A stretch of DNA of 64,000 nucleotides from positions 9,271-73,270 of the forward strand of contig JBGFSC010000006.1 of assembly GCA_041694815.1 (NCBI GenBank), read 5' to 3'. This document shows, one piece after another, positions 1-8,727 of this stretch (position 1 is its first letter; every line of letters starts with the position of its first letter). Source of the stretch: Elusimicrobiota bacterium (GTDB lineage: Bacteria > Elusimicrobiota > Elusimicrobia > UBA1565 > JACRDR01). A model generated the notes under the pieces. The model saw only the letters and a program-made list of their open reading frames with translations, was not told the DNA's origin and made no database searches. The position numbers were made by a program, and so were the translations under genes.

Positions 1-120
1 AAGGGTCTTCCCATCCCGCCCTCGCGCCCAGGGCAAAAGCTAAGACCAGAGTCGCGGCGAGGAATCTGCGCATAGGGCCTCCGGAGGGGTTTAAGACGAG
101 AATTCTAGGACTTTCGGGCC

Positions 121-570
121 CTATCTGTCAATTGGAGAGCCGCCGCCGCGCCGGCCCTCGGGCTTTCCGATGAGGGCCGGGGTGGCGCCCTCGCCCAGCG
201 GGACCGAAGAGGATTCGGGTGCCAATTGCTCCTGCTGGCGGCGCAATTGGCGGCTCATGCGCTTCATGTGGGCCTTGGCCTCGGCCTCCGACATCGGGCC
301 GAGCTCGGCGGGGGCCGCGTCCTTGTCCGGGGGCACGATCTCGACGATGCCCATCTTTTTCTTCTCCTTCTCTAGGAAATCGTGGATCATCTCGTTGTTG
401 ACCGGAGGTGCGGGCTCGGCCAAGGCCGGCCCATCCATGGGGCCGGCGGGCCCCGCAGGGCCCGGGTTTTCTACGTACGGCAGGGGTTCAGGCCGGTGCA
501 GGAAGGCGTAGAGCGCAGCACAGAGGAAGGCGGCGGCCGCCGCCCAGGCGACGGCGCGCAGGCGAGGCAT
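121..570 (-). CDS. hypothetical membrane-anchored protein (single N-terminal TM, Pro- and Lys-rich)
   Basis: 149-aa ORF. Its ATG at 568-570 overlaps the coaD stop (TAATG coupling). One hydrophobic segment, AVAWAAAAAFLCAALYAFL. No family recognised. Confidence 0.35.
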   Translation of the reverse strand: MPRLRAVAWAAAAAFLCAALYAFLHRPEPLPYVENPGPAGPAGPMDGPALAEPAPPVNNEMIHDFLEKEKKKMGIVEIVPPDKDAAPAELGPMSEAEAKAHMKRMSRQLRRQQEQLAPESSSVPLGEGATPALIGKPEGRRGGGSPIDR

Positions 571-1055
571 TAGCTCCTTGTCTTGAACTTAACGCGCATC
601 TGGCGCGCTACGACCGGTGGCACCATTTCGTCCAACTTCGATCCCATGCGCCCCACCTCCTTGACCATCGAGGAGGAAAGGTAGGTGTATTGCTCGTCGG
701 GCATGAGAAAAACGGTCTCGACCTTCGGGTAGAGACGGCGGTTCATGGAGGCCATCTGGAACTCGTAGTCCAAATCCGAGACGGCGCGAAGGCCGCGGAT
801 GACGATATGCGCGTTCTTGAGCTTCAAATAGTCCACCAGCAGCCCGCTGAAGGTGTCGACCTCGGCCTGGGGGATGCCCCGGACGCTTTTTTCGAGCATG
901 TCGAGCCGCTCGTGCACGCTGAAGGTATGCTTTTTAGACGGGTTATTGGACACCGCGATGATTACACGGTCGAACATGCGGCAGGCGCGGGCGATCAGGT
1001 CCAGGTGGCCGAGAGTGACGGGATCGAAACTGCCAGGATAAACCGCTACGGTCAT
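570..1055 (-). CDS. coaD: phosphopantetheine adenylyltransferase
   Basis: MTVAVYPGSFDPVTLGHLDLIARA matches the CoaD N-terminal T/HxGH nucleotidyltransferase motif. Length is about 160 aa. Start chosen at the internal ATG (1053-1055). The track's upstream ATG (1065-1067) lies inside the palindromic repeat and would add MPGT. Confidence 0.9.
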   Translation of the reverse strand: MTVAVYPGSFDPVTLGHLDLIARACRMFDRVIIAVSNNPSKKHTFSVHERLDMLEKSVRGIPQAEVDTFSGLLVDYLKLKNAHIVIRGLRAVSDLDYEFQMASMNRRLYPKVETVFLMPDEQYTYLSSSMVKEVGRMGSKLDEMVPPVVARQMRVKFKTRS

Positions 1056-1138
1056 GGTGCCAGGCATCCACTTTCTACACTTTATTAACTTTCTTCCTTG
1101 AGAAGTTGAGAAAGTGAAGAAAGTGGATGCCTGGCACC
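1056..1138. repeat. type-A extragenic palindromic element, copy A1 (GGTGCCAGGCATCCACTTTCT ... AGAAAGTGGATGCCTGGCACC)
   Basis: 21-bp perfect inverted arms around a roughly 40-nt AT-rich partly self-complementary spacer. Low GC compared with the flanks. Lies between the bioY stop and the coaD start. Confidence 0.85.
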
Positions 1139-1144
1139 AATGTA

Positions 1145-1699
1145 CTAATTATCGGCGGCTTTTCGCCAGAGAGGCAGGGCGGCGGAGGCGATGGCGATCT
1201 TGACGCAGTCGCCGGGAATGAAGGGAAGAAGCCCCGCCGAGAGAAGGTTGGTCCCGGGCAAGAGGAAGCGCGACAGCCAGGCGAGCCCGCAGGTGAAGAT
1301 GACGGCGCTGCCCAAGGCCAGCATCGCGACGGTTTTGCCGGGCGAACGGTCCCAGCCGGACTCGGCGAGCCGGCCCACGAGCCAGGCGGCGGGCACGAAG
1401 CCGATGAGGTATCCTCCCGTCGGCCCCAGAAGATGCCAGAGGCCGAAAGCCCCGCCGGCAAAAAACGGCAATCCCGAGGCGCCCTCCAGGAGGTAGAGCG
1501 CCGTCGAAAAAGAGCCCCATCGGCTACCCAGCGCGGCGCCGGCGAAAAGCACCGCCAGGCTTTGGCCGGTCACGGGCACCACGGTCCAGGGCAGGCGGAC
1601 CTCTATCTGCGCGCAGAGGCCTATCAAAAAGCTGAACGCCACAGCCTCCACGGCCCGGACGCCCGGGGCCCGCGTTTGGGCTATTGTCGCGCTAATCAT
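1145..1699 (-). CDS. bioY: biotin transporter BioY (ECF S-component)
   Basis: 184 aa with 5-6 TM segments. The GGYLIGF and LPGT motifs are typical of the BioY family. Confidence 0.75.
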   Translation of the reverse strand: MISATIAQTRAPGVRAVEAVAFSFLIGLCAQIEVRLPWTVVPVTGQSLAVLFAGAALGSRWGSFSTALYLLEGASGLPFFAGGAFGLWHLLGPTGGYLIGFVPAAWLVGRLAESGWDRSPGKTVAMLALGSAVIFTCGLAWLSRFLLPGTNLLSAGLLPFIPGDCVKIAIASAALPLWRKAADN

Positions 1700-1731
1700 C
1701 GCGCGTATGCTAACAAATGTTGGTGCCAGGC

Positions 1732-1831
1732 ATCCACTTTCTTATGTTGGTGCCAGGCATCCACTTTCTTTACTTTCTCAACTTCCTAAGGCAGAAAGTC
1801 AACAAAGTGTAGAAAGTGGATGCCTGGCACC
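1732..1831. repeat. type-A palindromic element, copy A2, with a tandemly duplicated left arm
   Basis: Left arm GGTGCCAGGCATCCACTTTCT occurs at 1732 and again at 1749. The right arm ends at 1831, immediately abutting the metH stop codon (1832-1834). Confidence 0.85.
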
Positions 1832-4800
1832 TTAGGCGGAGACGGTGTCCCCAACGGAAAAGTAGCGGGCCTGGGGGTGGTGGAACACGAGCGCCGAGAC
1901 CGAGGCCTCGGGCTCCATCATGTAGCCTTCGGTTAGTTCGACGCCGATATGCCGGGTCGGATCGAGCAATTGGAAGAGCTTCTCCTGGTCCTTGAGCTCG
2001 GGGCAGGCGGGGTAGCCGAAGCTAACGCGCAGGCCGCGGTAGCGGGCCTGGAACTTCTCCTTGAGCGTCATCTGGGCCGGGTCGGGGAAGCCCCACATCG
2101 CGCGCAGACGCTCATGCAAAAGCTCCGCGAAGGCCTCGGCGCTCTCGATCGCGATGGCCTGCAGGGCGTGGGACTTGAGGTACTCGCCCGAGTCGCGGTA
2201 GCGCTCGGAGAGCTCGCGTATGCCGGCGCCGCAGGTGACGACGAAAAGGGCCACGAAGTCCATGCGTCCGGAGGCCTTGGGCGAGACGAAATCGGCCAGG
2301 CAAAGCCTTTCGCCGCCGCTCTGGCGGGAAAAATGGAAGATTTCGGTAGCGCGCGCGTCGGCGGGCGAGTCGTAGAGCAAGAGCGAGTCTCCCTCCGCCT
2401 GGGCGGGGAAGAAGCGGAACACCGCCTTGGCCTGCATCGCCCTGCTCGAGAGCATCTCCTCCTGTATCCCCTCGACGCGCTTGTAAAGCTCGACGGCCTT
2501 GGGGTGATTCTCCTGGAGCAGGCGCTCGGCGGACTTAAGCCCCAGATGCTTGCCGTAGAGCATGATGGGATTGATGTAGCGGAATATGTCCTCGACGGCG
2601 AAATCGGAAAGGACGTGCAGCTTGAGGTCGGGGGGCGTGGGGATGTCGCCGTGCAGGATCTTCGCTGCGGCGGGGGCCGAGCCGTTGAGCGCGGCGGCGG
2701 GAGCCGGCGCGTCGGAGCTCAAATGCGCCTGCACCTGCTTGTTCTTCTCGAGCAGCGCGGGGCGCCGCGCGGGGTCCTGGAGGTTGTTGGCGAGATCCAA
2801 GCCGAGCATGGCGTCCTTGGCGTAGAGGACCGGGCCGGGGTAGCGCGGCGCGATCTTGGAAGCCGTGAATTTGGCGGAAAGGGCGGCGCCGCCGACGAGC
2901 ACGGGGATGTCGATGCCAGCGTTCTTTAAATCCTCCGCCGTCACCACCATCTGCTGCGCCGATTTTACGAGCAGCCCCGAGAGACCGATGATATGGGGGG
3001 CCACGCGCTTGATCGCCTCGATGAGCGTCTCCGGGGCCACCTTGATGCCCAGGTCGGTCACCTCGTAGCCGTTGTTCTTGAGGATGATGTGGACCAGGTT
3101 CTTGCCGATATCGTGCACGTCGCCCTTGACGGTCGCCAGCAGCACCTTGCCCCGTGATGATGTTTGGCTGTGATCCATATGCGGCTCGAGAAACCCGACC
3201 GCCGCCTTCATGACCTCCGCCGACTGAAGCACCTCGGCGACGATAAGGTCGTTGTTGGCGAACAGACGGCCCACCTCGTCCATCCCCTTCATGAGCGGCC
3301 CGTTGATGATCTCCAGGGGCCGGCGGGTTTTAAGCAGCTCCGCTAAGTCCTCCAGCAGCCCCTCCTTCGAGCCCTCGACGACGTTGCGCGCGACCCTCTC
3401 GTCGATGGGCAGGGAGGCGCGGGAGGGCCCCCGCTGGGCCGCCGGCTTGGCCTCCCGGAAATGTGCCGAGAATTCGGCCACCGCGTCGAAGCCGGCGGGG
3501 TGCGCCGGGTCCCCCGGCCCCTTCCAATGGAGCAGGGCCTCGGCCAGCCGCTTTTCTTCATCCGGAATCGTCGCGTAGCGGGCGATCTTTTCGGAGTTCA
3601 CGAGGGCGAGGTCCAGGCCGGCCTGCACGCAATGGTGCAGGAACACCGCGTTGAGCACCTCGCGCCCAGCCGCGGGGAGCCCGAAAGAAACATTGGAGAT
3701 GCCGAGCGCGGTCTTGCAGCCCGGCAGGGCCGCCTTGATGAGGCGCAAGCCCTCGATCGTCTCGACCGCCGAGCCGAAATAATTCTTGTCCCCGGTCGCG
3801 CACGGGAAGACGAGGGGGTCGAAGTAGAGATCCTCGCTGGAGAGGCCGTATTTGCCGGTCAAGAGTTCGTGCGAGCGTTGGGCGATGGCGAGCTTGCGCT
3901 CTCGGGACACCGCCATGCCCTGCTTTTTGTCCTCGTCGATGGTGCCGACGATCACCGCGCCGCCGTAGCGCTTGAGTAGCGGCACGATTTTCTCGAAGCG
4001 CTCCTCGCCATCCTCGAGGTTGATCGAATTGATGATGCACTTGCCCGGACAGCGCTTGAGCGCCTCCTCGATGACCGTCGCGTCGGTGGAGTCGATCATG
4101 AGAGGGACTTTCACCTTCTTGGTGAGAAAATCCAGGAAGCGGAGCATGTCCGCCTTCTCGTCGCGGTCGGGGTTGGCGAGGCAGACGTCGAGCACCTGCG
4201 CGCCGTGGCGCACCTGCCGCCGTCCGATCTCGGAGGCCTCCTCGAAGCCGCCCCGCACGATCATGTCCTTGAACAGCCTCGAGCCGATCACGTTGGTGCG
4301 CTCGCCGACGATGACGGGACGCTTGTCCTCCTCCACCGCGCAGCACTCCAGGCCCGAAACCGAGGAGCGGCGCGACGCGGAGGGCTGGCGGGGTTTCTTG
4401 CCTTGCGCCATCTGGCTGATGAGGCGGATATGCTCGGGCGTCGTGCCGCAGCAGCCTCCCAAAATGTTCACCCAGCCCTCGTCGCAGAAGCGCTCGAGCT
4501 TCTTGGCGATCATCTCGGGGGTCTCATTGTAGCGGCCGTTCTCGTCCGGCAGCCCGGCGTTCGGGAAACAGGAGATGAAGAATTTGGAGAGCCCCGACAA
4601 GGTGCGTATATGGTCGGTCATGAAGTCGGGCCCCGTCGCGCAATTGAGCCCGACGCCCAGGAGGTCCCAATGGGCGACGGAGTCGTAGAGGGCCTCGGCC
4701 GTCTGCCCGCCCAGCATCACGCCCATGGTCTCGATGGAGGCCGACAGCACCACGGGGATCGAGCGGCCGAGCGCCGCGAAGGCGTTGTCGATGCCGATAA

Positions 4801-5344
4801 GGGAGGCCTTCACGTTCAAGGTATCCTGCTGCGTTTCCAGGAATAATAGGTCCGCGCCGCCCTCCAGGAGGCCTCGCGCCGCCTCCTCGTAATTCGTCGC
4901 GACCTCATCGAAGGTGATTCCGCCCGTTACGGAGATCGTTTTGGTCCCCGGCCCCAGCGAGCCCGCGACGAAGCGGGGCTTGGTCGGAGTGGAGTATTTT
5001 TGAGCAGCTTTACGGGCGAGCCGGGCGGCGGCCCTGCTGAGCTCCAAGGTCTTATCCTGGAGCTCGTACTCGGCCAGCACATGCCGGATAGAGCCGAAGC
5101 TATTGGTCTCGATGATGTCGGCGCCGGCCTCGAGATAAGCCTCGTGGATGTCGTAGATCACGTCCGGCCTGGTCAAGACTAGGTTCTCGTTGCAGCCCTC
5201 CAAGGCGTGCCCCCCGAAGTCCTCGGGGCGCAGGTGACGCGCCTGGATGGCGGTGCCCATGGCGCCGTCGAGCACAAGCAGGCGGCGTTGCAGAAGCTCG
5301 CGCAGCTCGGGTTCCCTTCCGCGGTTCGTGAATTGAGCGTTCAT
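1832..5344 (-). CDS. metH: cobalamin-dependent methionine synthase
   Basis: 1170 aa. It carries an Hcy-binding domain (LVLDGAMGT), a pterin-binding domain, a B12-binding domain (DVHDIGKN), and an AdoMet activation domain. The ATG at 5342-5344 gives MNAQF...; the track's upstream start is a GTG inside a terminator hairpin. Confidence 0.95.
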   Translation of the reverse strand: MNAQFTNRGREPELRELLQRRLLVLDGAMGTAIQARHLRPEDFGGHALEGCNENLVLTRPDVIYDIHEAYLEAGADIIETNSFGSIRHVLAEYELQDKTLELSRAAARLARKAAQKYSTPTKPRFVAGSLGPGTKTISVTGGITFDEVATNYEEAARGLLEGGADLLFLETQQDTLNVKASLIGIDNAFAALGRSIPVVLSASIETMGVMLGGQTAEALYDSVAHWDLLGVGLNCATGPDFMTDHIRTLSGLSKFFISCFPNAGLPDENGRYNETPEMIAKKLERFCDEGWVNILGGCCGTTPEHIRLISQMAQGKKPRQPSASRRSSVSGLECCAVEEDKRPVIVGERTNVIGSRLFKDMIVRGGFEEASEIGRRQVRHGAQVLDVCLANPDRDEKADMLRFLDFLTKKVKVPLMIDSTDATVIEEALKRCPGKCIINSINLEDGEERFEKIVPLLKRYGGAVIVGTIDEDKKQGMAVSRERKLAIAQRSHELLTGKYGLSSEDLYFDPLVFPCATGDKNYFGSAVETIEGLRLIKAALPGCKTALGISNVSFGLPAAGREVLNAVFLHHCVQAGLDLALVNSEKIARYATIPDEEKRLAEALLHWKGPGDPAHPAGFDAVAEFSAHFREAKPAAQRGPSRASLPIDERVARNVVEGSKEGLLEDLAELLKTRRPLEIINGPLMKGMDEVGRLFANNDLIVAEVLQSAEVMKAAVGFLEPHMDHSQTSSRGKVLLATVKGDVHDIGKNLVHIILKNNGYEVTDLGIKVAPETLIEAIKRVAPHIIGLSGLLVKSAQQMVVTAEDLKNAGIDIPVLVGGAALSAKFTASKIAPRYPGPVLYAKDAMLGLDLANNLQDPARRPALLEKNKQVQAHLSSDAPAPAAALNGSAPAAAKILHGDIPTPPDLKLHVLSDFAVEDIFRYINPIMLYGKHLGLKSAERLLQENHPKAVELYKRVEGIQEEMLSSRAMQAKAVFRFFPAQAEGDSLLLYDSPADARATEIFHFSRQSGGERLCLADFVSPKASGRMDFVALFVVTCGAGIRELSERYRDSGEYLKSHALQAIAIESAEAFAELLHERLRAMWGFPDPAQMTLKEKFQARYRGLRVSFGYPACPELKDQEKLFQLLDPTRHIGVELTEGYMMEPEASVSALVFHHPQARYFSVGDTVSA

Positions 5345-5373
5345 TAAAAAACCCACGCCTTAGGCGTGGGTTG
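5345..5373 (-). terminator. intrinsic terminator hairpin (AACCCACGCC-TTAG-GGCGTGGGTT followed by a T6 run on the minus strand)
   Basis: Perfect 10-bp GC-rich stem plus U-tract read on the minus strand, downstream of the 5473..6264 gene. It sits directly 5' of the metH ATG. Confidence 0.5.
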
Positions 5374-5472
5374 TTCTCCTCTTTAGCGCCCTGTAGGCCG
5401 GGGCAATTCGGATCAAATCCTCGCCGAAGCTGCCAATAGAATAGCGTCTTTCGACGGGAAAATCAATGGTTT

Positions 5473-6264
5473 TTAAAGCCCAACCGGCAGACCGACCGCC
5501 TGCTTCGGGCGCCATTTCTTCCAGGCCGTTTCGAAGGATTCTAGATTAGAATATCCGTAAACGGCATAGAGTGCCCGATCCAACCCCTCGCCTTCGCGCA
5601 GCTTGGCACAGAAATCGACGAAGCTGTTTTCGATATGCCCGCGTTTGATGAAGCGCACCACGCTGTGGGCCTGTTGGTACCAGGCGCTCACGCGGGCCTT
5701 GGGCGTGTCCAGGCGTGGCGCGGTTTTAAAAAAATCCTCCAATGGAATCGGAGCGTCGAGCACGGGTCCCTTGTCGCGGGGATCGGGGAAGGCGAGGGTC
5801 TCGTTCTCCAGCATCCCCGCCAGGCCTTCGTCGAGCCATCGCGGGGGCACGCCGCCTTTTTCCTTGAAGAAAGAGTGGAGGTATAGATGCGTCAGCTCGT
5901 GGGCGACAACGGCGGTTTCAACCGGCTCGTATAGCGCGACCGCCCTTTCGGCGATGTTGAACAAGCCTCCGGACCATGGCGGTGGCCTAAAGCGCCCGCG
6001 GAGATAGGCGTCATGATCCTTATAAAAATAGACATGGGTCTTGTCCTGATCTATCCAGCTGACGAGCTTTCCCATCTCGCCGCGCATGGCCTCGAAGACG
6101 CGGTCGAGGCGGTTAAAATCTCCAAGCGCGGAATCCCTCTTCTCATGGTGGACAACGAAGTGCAGGGAGTCGTCGGAGCTCCAGTTTTTTTCCGATGAAT
6201 CCTGGGCGGTCGTCGGGGGAGCCAGCAGCAGAAGCGTGAGGAGGGACGCCTTTCTGGGGTTCAT
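5473..6264 (-). CDS. secreted HExxH-motif protein (putative peptidase MA-like zinc metalloprotease)
   Basis: N-terminal signal peptide (LLTLLLLAPPTTAQ). VVAHELTHLY contains an HExxH motif. 263 aa. Confidence 0.4.
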   Translation of the reverse strand: MNPRKASLLTLLLLAPPTTAQDSSEKNWSSDDSLHFVVHHEKRDSALGDFNRLDRVFEAMRGEMGKLVSWIDQDKTHVYFYKDHDAYLRGRFRPPPWSGGLFNIAERAVALYEPVETAVVAHELTHLYLHSFFKEKGGVPPRWLDEGLAGMLENETLAFPDPRDKGPVLDAPIPLEDFFKTAPRLDTPKARVSAWYQQAHSVVRFIKRGHIENSFVDFCAKLREGEGLDRALYAVYGYSNLESFETAWKKWRPKQAVGLPVGL

Positions 6265-6372
6265 GCCTAACCGCTAGGGTAAATCGAAGTCCGCCGCTTG
6301 TCAACGGGAGATTGGTTATAAAGCGAACGGCGCCGGAGCTTGCTCCGGCGCCGTTGGTCGGAAAGAACGGCT

Positions 6373-7101
6373 TTAACGATTGCGAATCTTGTCGATGAGC
6401 ACGCCACCCGCGCCGATGGCCGCGCCGACGACGGCGCCACCGATCACTCCGGTGCCGAGCAGGAAGCCCAGCGCCGCGCCCGCGACGATGCCTGCACCCA
6501 GGATGCGGGTGCGGTTGACACCGGCGTCAGACTGCACGCCCACCTTGTTGGCCACCAGCGAGCCGAGCCCGAGGCCCAGGACGCCGGCGCCCAAACCGAA
6601 GAGCGTGGTGATGGCCACGTTCTGGGCGACGAACGGGATGATCTCGCCCAAGCCGATCGTGATTCCGAAGAACGCGGCCATTTGCTGATAGGCCGCGACC
6701 GTCTGGAGCGAGCTGACCAAGCCCAAAGCGGCTCCGACCACTGCGGAAACGCCATGGGCCGTGCCGTTGCCCTTGCGGTTGGCTTTCGGCGCATCCGGCG
6801 GGGGAACCTCGCCGTTGCCGCCGTCGCCCTCGTTCGAAACGTACTTGAAGCTGCGGCCCTTGAGCCCGAACCGAGCCGCGACCCCGCCTTTGACGTTCTT
6901 GGCCGCGATGCCCGTCAGGGCTCGCTCGGCCTCGAGCGCTCCGGCGTGCATTCCCTCGGCGCTGCCCACTCCGGCCAGCTGCGAGGAGATTCCTGCGGCA
7001 TTCTCCAGGTTGGTCGACAGGCCGCCCTGCGCGTAGCTCACGTTGCCGTAAGGCATGATCGCGAGCGCCGCCACTACGACTATCATGTTTTTCATTTTCA
7101 T
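6373..7101 (-). CDS. secreted glycine-zipper protein (Gly-zipper 2TM / 17-kDa antigen-like C-terminus)
   Basis: Start set at MKMKNMIVVVAALAIMPYGNVSYA (signal peptide). C-terminal GAGIVAGAALGFLLGTGVIGGAVVGAAIGAGG is a glycine zipper. The track's extra 173-aa N-terminal extension has no ATG (its start codon is GTG or TTG), has no support and was rejected. Confidence 0.5.
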   Translation of the reverse strand: MKMKNMIVVVAALAIMPYGNVSYAQGGLSTNLENAAGISSQLAGVGSAEGMHAGALEAERALTGIAAKNVKGGVAARFGLKGRSFKYVSNEGDGGNGEVPPPDAPKANRKGNGTAHGVSAVVGAALGLVSSLQTVAAYQQMAAFFGITIGLGEIIPFVAQNVAITTLFGLGAGVLGLGLGSLVANKVGVQSDAGVNRTRILGAGIVAGAALGFLLGTGVIGGAVVGAAIGAGGVLIDKIRNR

Positions 7102-7269
7102 GCTCCTTCCTAAATCACTCCCAACCCCCCGGAGTGAGATCATGTTCAAGCGGGGCCTATTATAAGAACCATGGCCCAAAAATGACATGGGCCTTGCGGC
7201 CCGCCGGGAAAGGTCTTTTGGCCTATGCGCCATAGGACCTTGGACCTGGTATGTTGTATATTCGCTTGA

Positions 7270-7872
7270 ATGGGCATCCGTAGCGCTTTGCTGCTTCTTC
7301 TCCTTGCCTCCACGGCGTCGAGGGCCGCCGAGGTCCCGGAGGGAGGCTGGCTTGTCGGCGTGGGCGCCGGGCTGGGCATGCCGTACGGGCCGGCGCAGGA
7401 TAAGCTGGGATCGCCCATGCTCTTGGGTGGCCAAGCGATCTTCCACCGGCGCAAGGAATGGAGCGTCGGCGCCCAGCTTGACCGGCTCGCATTCAAATCC
7501 AAGGGAGGCAGTCGGGCCAACATGACCGCGGCCCTGGCCGTGCTGCGGGGGAATATCGGGATGGATTTCGAAAAATCGGTGCCGTACATGCTGTTCGGGG
7601 TCGGCTATTCCGAAAGCCACGCCGATGTGGCCGCGGGCGGAGAAGACCGCGGCGCCGGTCCCGCTTTCTGCCTAGGACTGGGGTTGGATTACGCGCTGGC
7701 TGGCCCGTTGGGTACTGGCTGGGAAGTGAAATTCCAGAGAATGTCGGCGCCGTTGGGCAGGCTCGGTTTGACGGGAGCCACGGTGATCGCCTTCTACTTG
7801 AGGCTTAATTTTGGATGGGGACCGGGAGGAGATCCCTTCGAATCGGCCCCCAGGTCCCTTCACCAAAATTAA
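7270..7872 (+). CDS. outer-membrane beta-barrel protein (OmpW/opacity-porin-like)
   Basis: Signal peptide followed by alternating amphipathic beta-strand pattern with aromatic residues. 200 aa. Confidence 0.5.
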   Translation: MGIRSALLLLLLASTASRAAEVPEGGWLVGVGAGLGMPYGPAQDKLGSPMLLGGQAIFHRRKEWSVGAQLDRLAFKSKGGSRANMTAALAVLRGNIGMDFEKSVPYMLFGVGYSESHADVAAGGEDRGAGPAFCLGLGLDYALAGPLGTGWEVKFQRMSAPLGRLGLTGATVIAFYLRLNFGWGPGGDPFESAPRSLHQN

Positions 7873-7886
7873 CGACCTTTAGGGAT

Positions 7887-8336
7887 TTATTGAAGAACCC
7901 AGGCCTGCGCCTCTTCGACGGATTCGGGTGCGCCGGCGAGCTGTCGCACGAGATTCCCTTCGGAGTCGGAGAGAAAGAATTGCGGTACGGCGCTGATGCC
8001 GACCTTGTTCTCGGGGTCGAGGAGCGTATCGGGGCCGAACACGCGCGCGTACTCCTGCAGCGATTGCAGTCCGTCCATGCCCACGGCCACCCGGGTCGGC
8101 ACTCCCTTGGCCTTGAGAGATTCGCGGAGCTTGATGATCAGCGGCGTCGCGCGACGGCAATAACCGCACCAGGGCGCGAGATAGACGGTCAGGCATTTGG
8201 AGCTCGGGCAGGAGGCGAGCTCCACCGTGCTTCCCGAGAGGGTGGGGAGCGAGACCCCCTTGAGCCGCCCTTGCTCGGGCGGGGTTCCGGAGCAGCCGGA
8301 AAAAATGAGGAGGACGGCGAGAATACCCGGCAGCAT
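7887..8336 (-). CDS. thioredoxin-fold thiol-disulfide oxidoreductase lipoprotein (TlpA/ResA-like)
   Basis: Lipobox-like LIFSGC at the N-terminus. WCGYC active-site motif. Confidence 0.7.
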   Translation of the reverse strand: MLPGILAVLLIFSGCSGTPPEQGRLKGVSLPTLSGSTVELASCPSSKCLTVYLAPWCGYCRRATPLIIKLRESLKAKGVPTRVAVGMDGLQSLQEYARVFGPDTLLDPENKVGISAVPQFFLSDSEGNLVRQLAGAPESVEEAQAWVLQ

Positions 8337-8359
8337 GGCCTATATGGTACAATATTCCG

Positions 8360-8720
8360 CGAAGCGGCTGGGGGGTCGCTCCGGTTTTTGCCGGAGAGGA
8401 ACTTCCGGACTCCTAGAGCAGGGCGCCCGCCGAAAGGCGGGGCTCCGGGGCCGCAAGGCCTCGGAGACGGAAAGTGCCACAGAGAACATACCGCTCGGCC
8501 TTCGGGCCGTGCAAGGGTGAAAAGGCGAGGTAAGAGCTCACCGCTGACGCCGCGAGGCGCAGGCATGGCAAACCCCGCTCGGAGCAAGGCAGCAGGACGG
8601 TCGCGCGGCTCGCGCGGGTCCGGGTGCACGTGGCCTGGACCGGCCGTCCGGTAGCCGCATAGAGAAATGATCCCCGCTCGGCGCGAGCCGAGCACAGGAT
8701 CCGGGGTATAGGCCGCTTCG
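8360..8720 (+). ncRNA. rnpB: RNase P RNA (bacterial type A)
   Basis: Conserved blocks are present: GGAAAGTGCCACAGAGAACATACCGC, AGGGTGAAAAGGCGAGGTAAGAGCTCACC, GGCAAACCCCGCTCGGAGCAAGGCAGCAGG and CACAGGATCCGGGGTATA. A covarying P4 pair is CUUCCGGAC / AUCCGGGG. The P1 stem pairs CGAAGCGGC (8360-8368) with GCCGCTTCG (8712-8720). Confidence 0.78.
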
Positions 8721-8727
8721 CTATTTA

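Noticed and set aside
1-120. Possible ncRNA or gene fragment at the window start
   Set aside because: No ORF, no recognisable RNA motif, and too little sequence to judge.
1949-2929. 326-aa plus-strand ORF inside metH, and similar ORFs at 3461-4846
   Set aside because: Antisense to the clearly conserved MetH domains.
5354-5356. Track start of metH (GTG rendered as M, MGFLMNAQF)
   Set aside because: The GTG lies within the terminator stem. The ATG four codons downstream gives the canonical MetH N-terminus.
6373-7620. 415-aa extended version of the glycine-zipper gene
   Set aside because: The N-terminal 173 aa are low-complexity with no signal peptide, and the extended frame has no ATG start (GTG or TTG only). 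An internal MKMKNM signal-peptide start with a coherent exported protein is far more plausible.
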